DNA of 64,000 bases from NCBI GenBank assembly GCA_052426225.1, contig JBNJNM010000011.1, positions 682,001-746,000 on the forward strand, written 5' to 3'. Below are positions 35,453 through 46,606 of the stretch, piece by piece (within the stretch, counting starts at the first letter, position 1; every line of letters begins with the position of its first letter). The position numbers and the translations under genes were made by a program. Origin of the DNA: Zancudomyces culisetae HAW-14-8. Its lineage: Eukaryota; Fungi; Kickxellomycota. Below the pieces are notes generated by a model, which was not told where the DNA came from, searched no databases, and was given only the letters and a program-made list of their open reading frames with translations.

Positions 35453-35608
35453 AGTATCACTGGAATAAAAAAATATCAACTTTGGTATTTCATCAAGCAT
35501 CACAATAAGACATACTCATACTATTATTCATAGTCATAGTCATCGACATTTCCACACTGCATCAGTGCATTAACCTCTCACAATTTTATTTAAATTCGAG
35601 TAACAAAT

Positions 35609-35968
35609 ATGGTAAAGTCAACACTAGCACTTCTCGCAGCCGCAGTTGCCGCATTTCCAGTAAACGCCTCATTCCAAACCCTACACGCCAAGATATTTTC
35701 AGGTTATCGTTTTTCTGGTGTTGTCGTGGACGAATTCCAAATGGTAAAACACCAATGTTATAACATTAACCAGGGTACCTCAGCACAATTTCTTGACCCC
35801 ACAGATGGATCAGGAGTAATGTTGTTATGTAGGCAAAGGAATTGTCAGGGTGTATGTACAGCTAACGCCGATTTTATAAGTACAGGTCTGTGGAATTTCC
35901 CAGAAGATCTCAAACCAGGCCCTCTCTCAATGAAATGGATAGCATTTGGTCAGGCTTCTAATGAATAA
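35609..35968 (+). CDS. Small secreted betagamma-crystallin-like cysteine protein 3
   Basis: Signal peptide MVKSTLALLAAAVAA/FP; KIFSGYRFSG (FxxxxFxG), HQCYN, GVMLLCRQRNCQGVC, LSMKW. Confidence 0.82.
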   Translation: MVKSTLALLAAAVAAFPVNASFQTLHAKIFSGYRFSGVVVDEFQMVKHQCYNINQGTSAQFLDPTDGSGVMLLCRQRNCQGVCTANADFISTGLWNFPEDLKPGPLSMKWIAFGQASNE

Positions 35969-36199
35969 AATTTCTGACTCTTTAAATTGGAATACACTAT
36001 TACTTTAGAACCAAGTTTAGTTGGTAGTAAAATTGTTTTTATTTATCTAGAACTTGTGCTTGAATAAAGTGCCAATCACATCACCAAAGCTGGTAAACAT
36101 ATCCTGCTTTGAAATGGTTATAACTACAATCTACTCACACTAAGGTAGATATATTTTAGTTTGAGCAAAAATATTTTCATACTGCAACGAGTCTACTGA

Positions 36200-38050
36200 G
36201 GACCATTATGTCTGATAGGTAAAGAATATCAAATAGTATATATCAAACCTATTCCTTTCTGCCCCATTAGAAACTCCATACCCACAGGTTATTGGTTTGA
36301 AGAGTTTATTTCTACTCTGAGTCAATCTAAGATAATAACACTCGCTCGACAGACACCATTCTAAAATTTTACTGTGCTCTGCTTGACCAAGGATAGTATT
36401 TTGTCTTGTCTCTTCTTTATAGGTAGAGTAACCAGCCCTTGCGACTCCTCTCCAAGGATTCCACCCACAATAAATTATTCTACGCTTGTCTCCCCCTACT
36501 CTCATTACATTTCCCTTTTTCAGTTTTTTGATAACTTTGTGATGTATTGTTGCAGATACGATTTCTTAACTATTACCCATTAATTGCAGTCAAAAATTAT
36601 GATCTATCCGGTTTTTTTACACCAAAAAACGACTAAGTACAGATAGTTTACTTATTACTGGTGTAGTTGAGTATCTTTTTAGAGCTTCATCCATTTAGTC
36701 AAACACCCTGAATCTAATCTTAATTTACTCAACATTGATAATATTTACTAGCTTGTTATGATTTACGCTACCCTCAATTTTGATTTTCCCTCCCTTTATA
36801 TAATATACTGTGAATCTTATTCTCCTTTACAATCAAACATGTATCTCTCAACTAAAATAACAGTAATTTAAACCATTATCATCACGTACTCTCGCCTAAT
36901 CAAACCATATTAACTCAGTTCTCACTCCTATTCTGCGATTTTTTTTACTTTTTTTATTAAACAAAGACACTTAAATTAATATATTTTAGCAAACATATTA
37001 CATAACAATAATTTTTTAGGCACCAAGAATATTTATCCATGAGCAAGTGCCTAATTGTTTGTTTTCGTCTAATTCGTTCCATATCTTTTCGTTATCTGTT
37101 TTTATATATTCTATCTAGTGTTAAATAATTTAAAACCCATCAAAAACTTATTAAATACGTTCTATAAACGTGTAGCGAGCAAGTTTCGTATACTGCTGCC
37201 ATGAATATCTTTTGATTTTTTATGTATTCGTTCGTATCTGAGGAAACTTAATTTTATTGAAAAATAGTATGGTTATAGTCCAGATAACTGAGCGGCTTTT
37301 TTAACTAAGCTTAACGAAGATAGCTGAATATCAATTAACAATTGTGTATTATCATTCAACGATTGTAGCAATGAATAGCAGTTCAACCCTGTTCTTTTTA
37401 CAAAATCTAAAAAATGAATACAAAATGCTATCTTATAACCAGTTCCTATAACTGGATCGATTATCCTTGTCTCACCCTTCAGATAGCATAAGGGCATTAA
37501 CACCTTTTTTCTATTTTTGAGTTCTTGCTTTCTTCAATTTAAAATAAACAACTAGTATTTTATATCCTGTACTTACTATTTGGGGTTAGTCGGGTCTACT
37601 GAGAATCACTGTCAAATGGGGTTGGGCGTAACTCCATCTTTTGTCGGTTTCTTCATTTGTAAAATAATTTGATCCACAATGTCAGCAAATTAATCATGTG
37701 ATTCTTCGGAATCTACTTTCATAGAAGTTGCTCCCGAGCAATCACTATCAGATTAATATTAGTCCTCATCTTTAGCTGTCTGGGTCGATGCGGTTCTTTG
37801 TTTACCCATGAAGTCTGACATGTTTGTGTGAGATTTTAATAGTTTTCTTGTTTATCTTTACACTTGATATTTATTAATTAGTCGTAGCACTATTCCAAAT
37901 AAACTTCTTAATTATTCTAAACCTGGATTTCTGTTCACAATTGTTAGTTATTTATCTTAGTATTTTTCTGACCAAAACTATTAAAGAGCTAATCAATCCT
38001 CTAATTAGTTTTCCTTTGAGTATATATATCCTATCATAATTTCAAATCAC
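36200..38050 (-). mobile_element. Possible decayed gag/aspartic-protease region of an LTR retrotransposon
   Basis: The 5' part is a stop-riddled copy of ORF 39545-39829 (MSDFMGK..SGATSMKVDSEESHD*FADIVD). Downstream fragments GLVTLPI..TVKF..VGMEFL resemble a retropepsin C-half. Confidence 0.35.
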
Positions 38051-38719
38051 TATAGATCACTATAATTAATCATTCTACTATATCCACTTGGTTTTCAGTA
38101 CTGATAGGTTGCTCTATCTTAACTTTTATTTTCCGTATTAGTTTTTGTACTCTAGTAAACTTTTGATATACTAATAAATCTTTTTATCAATTTTTTTTTC
38201 ATAATCATTTTTCTAGTTTTGTGATTATAGTTTTTTATTGAATTTTTTAAATGATATTATTAGCAATTGAGCTATTAATTTGCTTCAGTTGAAATATATT
38301 ATAATAATTTATTTATATATTTTTTACTTTGCGTCCAGTACTAAATCTAGGTACACACAACAGTAGAATCAGTACGTTTAATCCAATAAATTTTAACTTT
38401 ATTTTCCTGAAACAGAGCTAATAGAGTTGTAATATTACCTGGGTAATCTGGAAGCTTAATATTTGTAGAGTATTCTAATATTCAAAATTACAATGGGTTT
38501 TTAATGATATGCAATCTCGTATTATTTCTTGTCAAAATCTTTTCTAAATAATATAAATGGTTGATTGAAAATATCTATAATCCGATAGATATAATAAAAT
38601 TGATAAATAACTGAAAGAAAAATAAAACTTTTTTCCCTTTACACCTCACCTTTTCTAATATACTTTGCAGTGTTTTTATTAAAAGACCTTGTTATTAGAA
38701 TTCATACATAACTTGGTAC

Positions 38720-39200
38720 TACACCTTAAAACGGATTATTGTACAGATATAGTCTAAAAAGTATCAGTTATACCTAAATTCGAGATTCAATCAAGGCGAT
38801 AGAACTTGGTTATCATAGAATTATCTGTGCTTCAAGAGTTGAATGCTGTTGTAATTCTAGAAACCTACAATCTTGCCAAATTTCTTAAAAATAAGCTAAC
38901 TGTATTTATCTTGATTAAACTACCTTGTAAAGAAAAACTATCTCTTCGATCTGAGTACCAGTACCTAATAGATTAGTATTAAAATTCAAGACTAATTTAG
39001 AAATGGCTAACTTCAATTACTTTAAAGCAATTCATACCACCCAAATGGTGTAAAATGTTTTTTTGATTTCAAACTTGGAATTTTAGAGACTATAAGCTGA
39101 AAGCTTGAATTATCAGAAACTACCAAAACCACTTTAACCAGGTAGATAAAAGTATCTCGACGAGGAGTAAAGTTAGGCTAACTGAAGCTTATAGTAACCT
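38720..39200 (+). mobile_element. Degenerate Ty3/Gypsy reverse transcriptase relic
   Basis: Ordered motifs: KRIIV..SKKY, VSVIPK, ELNAVVILETYNL (LNxxTxxDxYPLP), KLSLRSEYQ (KLDLRSGYHQ), WCKMFFDFK (WxxMPFGLK), and YLDE at 39153-39164 (YLDD). Confidence 0.6.
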
Positions 39201-39544
39201 AGAAAAAGAATAATATATTGTTTTAGTATCAGTTTCTGTGTATGTAACAAAATATTTATTTAAAATACATTACTAATCACACATACACATCATCATAGAT
39301 GGAAATATACTTGCCATTTATAATCAGATATTAATGCATCCAAGAAGTTTAAATGTGTTTGCAAAATGGTTTCACATTTTCACCTGCTAGTTAGCACTAA
39401 AAGGGTCAGAATACATGCTTCTCTGACTTTTAATATCCATAAGGGGAAAAAATCAAAGATGTAAACATAACTATGACTTTGTATCCACAGACGAGCAGTG
39501 TAGCAGTACGTTTTTTTTTACAAGTTAATAGTAATTTAGCTGGA

Positions 39545-40040
39545 TTAGTGGTAATCAAACCCTCTTATGCTTGAATAGAAGAATATTACATATATTTTCT
39601 TGATTTTTGGTGGGTACTGTCGGGTGAGGTTGAGTGCAGCCTCATCCTTTGTCGGGTTTTTCAATTGTAAAAAAACATGATCCATAATATCAGCAAATGG
39701 GTCACGTGATTCTTTGGGATCCACTTCCATAGAAGTGGCTCCCGAACGGTCACTATCAGATGAGTATCTGCCCTCATCTTTTTCTGACTGGATCCATCTG
39801 GGTCTAAATTTACTCATGAAGCCTGACATTCTCTATGTGAGATTTTAATAGTTTCTAATATGTCAAAACTTAATATTCATTAACTAGCCGTAGCACTATT
39901 CCTAATAAACTTCTTAATTATCCTAAACCTGGATTTTAATTCTGAATTGATATTTATTTATCTTACTTTCCTTTTTCTTATTAAAACTATCAAAAGAGCT
40001 GAGGAATCCTCATCGAGTCTTCCTTCGCTTATATATATAC
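39545..40040 (-). mobile_element. Truncated ORF (MSGFMSKFRPRW..) with ~200-bp leader, duplicated at ~37600-38030; probable 5' end of a retroelement
   Basis: The leader (GTAGCACTATTCC..AACTTCTTAATTA..AAACCTGGATTT) and first ~70 codons align with the 37.6-38.0 kb copy. Confidence 0.45.
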
Positions 40041-40799
40041 TATTTTATTTAACCTAATAAAAGCTAATTCAAATAACCTATGTTTCTACGGTATATACTG
40101 AGTTGTATCGTGTGTTATCGTTGTTACTTCGTTTTCGTTTTCATATTGTTCCTATATTTATATGTCGATTTCCTATAATCTTTTTAATTGTATTTTTCGT
40201 TTTATAATTTTTTTTGGTATTATATATATTTTCAAAAAAAAATAATTATCATAGTATTTTCAGTGATCAACTTTTAATAGAATGTTAGTTGATTGTTTAT
40301 GTAGTAAATTAAATAATTGTTAGAAAATGTGAATTCCGATGGACATCGGAATACACACGACAGTACCCATTTTAAATTAAAATATCTTTAATTACCATTT
40401 GCAACTTTTTGTATATACTTTAGTTAAAAATATTTTTATTTTCAATCAAGGGATACTTGTGTTAGTATATGTGTGTATTGAAACTTTTTATTGCCTGTTA
40501 TTTATCTTTAACTGTGTTTATTTAATGAATCGCTACTTACTTTCTAGCAGTATATAAATGAAAATGTAAAAAATAATTATAAAATAAATGATTTTAAAAA
40601 TTCCGCCTTCATCCTCATTCATCAGCCCCTTTCTATCCTATATGTGGTAAACGAACACCCGAATTGTTGTATATATATCACAACAGGATAGTATGATTAG
40701 GTGGGATACATGAAGCTGAGGTATTCAGAATGTGTAAAAATCATACATTCATTTCTCCTTCTTTGTCCAGTCTTTGTCCATCGGGATTGAGATTATCCA

Positions 40800-41890
40800 A
40801 TAGGTTCCTTTCCAGAGCTAATTTTCTGAGATCGTTCTTGTTATATTTGTGATTTAGTTCAATTAGCTTTAATTTGATCACTTGTTTAATCCGGGATAAA
40901 TACTTACAGTATTCTAAATAAAAATACGCAATCGCAACCGCAATCGCAACCGCAATCGCAATCGCCATCAGGAAAATCGGGAATTCTACAACTATCAAGC
41001 TAAGTAAAAATTTGAAGTCCATGTTTCCAAATATTAAGCCGAAGATTAAAATCAACTTTAGATTTAAAAATATTACTAGCGTAATTTTCGTTAGCCTCTT
41101 TATCGTGATTGACGATAGTATTTTTATATCTAAGGCTGTTGCCATATTAAGTACCGGCGAACTTTTTATTCCAGTTGTAGGTATATTCTATACTTGTTAA
41201 TTTCTTTATAATAAACAAACTTTAGATATATGCAAAATATAATGAACTTTATTGTTATATATTCAAAGTCCGATAATTTTTAAAAATGGATAAACATTTA
41301 TTCAACATCAATAAATATTTCAATAGACTTTTTGTGAGTTGAATGAGGAAATGTATTGTATATGATATAAAAAAAAAAGTGAAATATATGTTTCCAAAGT
41401 GATATTACAAAGGCAGTATAGTTGTTTATGTTTTACACTGTGGTGTCACGGATACACAGAAAGTTCAGCATTAACAAATTATTCATCAAAAACAGTTTCT
41501 TTTATTTTGCCAGTGTTGAAAGAAAAAGTAGAATGGAAAAAGACTTAATAACAGACTCTATTTTTTAAACGGCAGTCTCACACCTGGTAAACCTTTATTA
41601 CAGCTTGATGTAATTTACTATTAACTGCCTAGTATTTTTGTTTATTGTTATCTTTTTGTTGAAAGATAAATCATAAGCGTCATTGATTTTAGTCTTGAAA
41701 AAGTTACTATGTTGTGACTTTATTCCACTGCAAGGCAAATAACAGTTTAGTTGTGAAAAAATCAATAGTATTATTTATATTGAAATAGCTAACAAATAAA
41801 CACCAAGTAATAATAGAGTTGAAATCATGGTAACTAAAGACCTAAATCCTGACTAATTGGATATAATAATGGATGGTTGTATTTACCGCT
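40800..41890 (-). pseudogene. Decayed gene of unknown family, copy B
   Basis: Fragments KLFLMNNLLMLNF, NNYTAFVISLWKHIF, FAGT*YGNSLRYKNTIVNHD; possible signal-like start MISTLLLLGVYLLAISI near 41828. Confidence 0.6.
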
Positions 41891-42259
41891 GTTATGGATT
41901 CAGCTTAAAATATTTTTTTTATAGTGAAAATGGAAGGACTCCGAAACTACTATGTTAGATCACGTCCAACCTTATGAAATATTCAGAATCAAATGCAAAT
42001 ATTTCATGGCAGCCATTGGCTATAGTATAATAAATGTTAACAAAATTAGCAGTGTTTACTTGTCAATGGTTGGCTAATAATTAGGCAAAAGATGTGCCAA
42101 ATTTGAAAGAAATCCAGGAAAGGTGAAGGAAAGCAATTGTAATGTACATGTTTTAAAGCTATATGATATCCATGGTAATATGTCACTTTTTTGTAGGTAC
42201 TAAAACATTGTATTAAAACATTCTTTTTATCAATTCGAAAAACGAAAAAGGAACCCGAA

Positions 42260-43813
42260 ATGTCAGTAGGTAAGGCAATCTATCAACATGGAATTTGGAT
42301 TTACTTTTTATATATTTTAAATTGTGCGCTTTTTGGGGATAAGTGTTAATTCAACCAAAAACGCCACAAAATGTGTGGTATTTGATATTTATAAATAGCA
42401 AAATTCGCTTTGGAAAGAGCTGTAGCCATCAAGGCAGTTCAGAATGCATCTGAATTGTGCAGGGCAGTGTTCAACAAACTTGTTGATAATGAGACAATAG
42501 TTAAGAATGACAAATCACCAGTAACTATTGCGGACTATAGTTCACAAGCGATTATAAACAGTGTTTTGCATAACAATTTCCCCAAGGACAATATTGTGGG
42601 CGAAGAAGATGCAAAGAGTTTGATGGAGAACCAAGATGTTCTGAGTAGAGTTGTGGAGCTTACAAATTCGGTGTTGGAAAAAAAGATGACTGAAGAGGAG
42701 GCAAGTTATATATGTAGTTTAGCGTATCAGCACTTTTATATTGGTATTTAGTTATCCTATTCATATATCTTTTGGGCTAGAAACAAAGCTAAAAACAAAA
42801 ATGAGATAAAATATGGTTACGAGGAGTAAAAGAAAACCAAATATGATTAGGTCTTGCAATCGATTGACAGGGGAAAATATGAGGGAGGATCTAAGGGTAG
42901 GTTCTGGACTTTGGATCCAATTGACGGAACCAAGGGGTTCATACGTGGAGGACAGTATGCAATATGTTTGGCGTTGATTGAGGATGGAATAGTTAAGCTA
43001 GGAGTCATTGGATGTCCAAACTTGCCATTTACAACCAAGCAGGGACAGGAAAAGAAAGGGTGTATGTTTATTGCAGTGGAAAACCAGGGAGCATATCAGG
43101 TATTTTAATATATTTTATGACTGATGTGTTTATATATTGATGAGAGAAAAGGGGATAAAGTGGAGTTGAGTATGTGATATCTAGTCGATTGTTAGCTGAT
43201 TTATTTACGCCGGTAAACAAACTGATTGTGAATAGCGAGGGCTAGATAGTGACCAAGAAGAGGTTGGAATCAAAGTGAACTCAGACGTAGACCTGGCAGA
43301 CTCATCGTTTTGTGAATCTGTCGAATCAGGGCACTCAGACCAAACGGTATCTAACAGAATCGCATCACTCCTCAATATTACCAAGCCGCCAATTAGAATG
43401 GACAGTCAGTGTAAGTATGGTGCGATAGCTAGAGGACAAGCCGAAGTATATTTAAGGTTGCCTACGGTAAAGAACTATGAAGAAAAGATATGGGTAAGGT
43501 GTTTTAATAATTTTTAAATTATGAATTTCTTTGTGATCTGGAGAGTGACAGGAGAGAGAGAGAAGAGTAGAGTAAGAGAAAAAAAGTTATAAACTATTAT
43601 GAAAAATGATTTGGAAATGAATAGGATCATGCTGCTGGAAATGTACTCGTTCAAGAAGCCGGAGGAATTGTTACAGATATAAGCGGGTTAAAGCTAGATT
43701 TTTCAAGAGGCAGAACATTAGTTGGGAATAAGGGGATTATAGCATCAAACCCACGCATCCACGCCAAGGTTCTTGAATGTACAAGTTTGGCCTTGAAGGA
43801 AGGACGGATGTGA
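42260..43813 (+). CDS. MET22: 3'(2'),5'-bisphosphate nucleotidase (5 exons)
   Basis: Exons 42260-42269, 42399-42700, 42851-43099, 43236-43493, 43625-43813; intron 2 is GC-AG. Motifs KNDKSPVTIADY, IVGEED, WTLDPIDGTKGF, MDSQCKY, EKIWDHAAG. Confidence 0.95.
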
Positions 43814-44374
43814 TAGACTCCCTTATATATACATATATATTATATTGATTAGGGGTGGATTGCGTTGCAGATTGCATACAAGACTGAGCTTATTTTATTT
43901 CATTTCTTTCATTTCATCTTAATTTTCTTTTTTGGTTAGCTTGTTTTGCTGAGGTAATAAGATAAATCATGTGATATGTATAAGTAATTCATCAAAATAT
44001 ATTTCGTATTGATATTTTTGGTAAATCGCAAGAAATATAACCAAGTCTTGAAAAACAAGACAAAGCAAAGCAAAAAAAAAATTTTTTTTTTTTCGTTTTA
44101 TGTTACTGAATCAAAGTAAGGTAATTGCATGAATTGAATTAACTAATAAAAAAAATGGGTGAAAGTCATCCCAAAAACCCATCCTGTAATAGTAAAAAAA
44201 AAAGAAGCAAGTCATATTAACTAGAAGAAAAAAAAAACTCCACGAGAATAGTACATTAAAGGAGAGGAGAGGTTAAAATATTACATACAACAAGCAAGAT
44301 TATAAAAAAGTTTGTGACGTGAAGGGGAGAGAATTAAAATCGAACAATTGTACACGATAAACAAAGAGAAAAAA

Positions 44375-46268
44375 ATGGCAGGGAAACAAAAAGGTAAGAA
44401 CAATATAAAAAACAAGAAAAGAAGAGGGTGGAGGGTGGGATGGGGATATTTGAGATCTATATCAAAACCGTATCAAAAGTGGTATATTTATTAGAATGAC
44501 GTTGTTATTACAATAGGGCAAACTTTTTCAGAAAAGTTAGTGAAGGCCTGTGCGGAAATAGTAAATGAGCTAATAGTAGCACATGAAAAGGGAAAATCTG
44601 TGAACCTAAATGCATTAAAGGCAAAGTATTCGCGGGCGAACAAGATGAATTCACAGCCCAAATTGGTAGATATTATTGCGGCGATTCCAGAACAATACAA
44701 GAAATATCTATTGCCAAAATTGAGAGCAAAGCCGATCCGAACAGCATCAGGGATAGCGGTGGTTGCGGTGATGTGCAAACCACACAGATGTCCACACATT
44801 GCGATGACAGGGAATATTTGTGTATACTGTCCGGGGGGGCCAGATTCGGATTTTGAATATTCAACACAGTCATATACTGGGTACGAACCAACCAGTATGC
44901 GAGCGATAAGAGCGCGATATGATCCATATGAACAGTCACGAGGAAGAGTTGAGCAACTAAAGAGTTTGGGACACAGTATTGATAAGGTGGAGTTTATAAT
45001 TATGGGAGGGACATTTATGTCGTTATCAGAGGGATATCGAGACAATTTTATAATGAACTTGCACGATTCGTTGTCGGGATACAAGAGTAGTTCGGTGAAG
45101 GAATCAGTGAGGATGTCGGAGCAAAGCGAGACAAAATGTATTGGGATAACAATAGAGACACGACCAGATTACTGCTTGAAGCCACACTTGAGCCAGATGT
45201 TGGAGTATGGATGTACACGGTTGGAGATTGGAGTGCAGAGTGTTTATGAGGATGTTGCGCGAGATACGAATCGAGGACATACGGTTAGAGCAGTGAGTGA
45301 GAGTTTCCATTTGGCAAAGGATGCGGGGTATAAAGTAGTGGCGCACATGATGCCAGATCTTCCAAATGTTGGGATGGAACGAGATATTGAGCAGTTTATA
45401 GAGTTTTTTGAAAACCCAGCGTTCCGAGCGGATGGGTTAAAGATATATCCAACACTGGTGATTCGGGGCACAGGGTTGTATGAACTGTGGCGCACAGGGA
45501 GATATAAAAACTACACGCCAAATGCGCTAGTTGATCTTGTAGCACACATTTTATCGTTGGTACCTCCATGGACAAGAGTGTATCGTGTGCAGCGAGATAT
45601 TCCAATGCCGCTGGTAACTTCAGGAGTTGAACATGGAAACTTGCGTGAGTTGGCGTTGCAGAGAATGAAGGATTTGGGAACAGAGTGTCGCGATGTGCGG
45701 ACGCGAGAGGTTGGTATTGTTGATATTCACAGCAAAGTCAAGCCGGATCAAGTTGAGTTGGTTCGCCGCGATTATTTTGCTAATGGTGGATGGGAAACGT
45801 TTATTTCATATGAAGATCCGAATGCGGATATTTTGATTGGATTGCTGCGTCTGCGGAAATGCAGTTCGGAGACTTTCCGGCCTGAATTGACAGGTCAGCC
45901 TTCATCTCTTGTTCGTGAACTCCATGTTTATGGCAGTGTGGTTCCAGTCAATGTTCGTGACCCTACAAAGTTCCAGCATATGGGTTATGGTAAGATGTTA
46001 ATGGAAGAGGCGGAAAGAATAGCTAGAGATGAACATGGTAGTGTAAAGCTTTCTGTCATTAGTGGTAAGTCTTTGTTTTTATCTTTTTACTTCTCCTTAT
46101 TGTATATATATATATATGTATTATATGTAAATGTAAGTTATCAGCGAGAAAGAGATGAGAGGGGCTAATATTGGTAATTGTTGAAAATTAGGTGTCGGAA
46201 CTAGGCAGTACTATGCAAAATTGGGATATCATTTGGATGGCCCGTATATGTCCAAATTTTTATATTAA
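44375..46268 (+). CDS. ELP3: Elongator catalytic subunit (radical SAM plus KAT domain), 3 exons
   Basis: Exons 44375-44393, 44517-46064, 46192-46268. Motifs [42 protein letters not shown]. Confidence 0.98.
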
Positions 46269-46606
46269 TTCATTTCTTATTCACTCCTTCCTCACTTTCT
46301 TTCATCACCCCCCTTCCCCCCTATCCCATTTTGCTTTTATTTTATAATTTAAATAGTGTAGTTAAATATTCTCTAAAGCCTTATACTTTATTACTTATAT
46401 AATAAATGATAATTACAAATTAAAATAATAAACAAAAACGCGAAATTTGAAAAAATAAAACCAAGTGATTGAATTTTTTATAATAAGTATATAGTAGATA
46501 AATATACAAAACAAGTGTACTAAATGTATTTTAAAAAATATATTTAATTGTCATTAAATACGGGAGGAAAGAATAGAATAAAGAAAATATACGGGAATAT
46601 AGAGAG

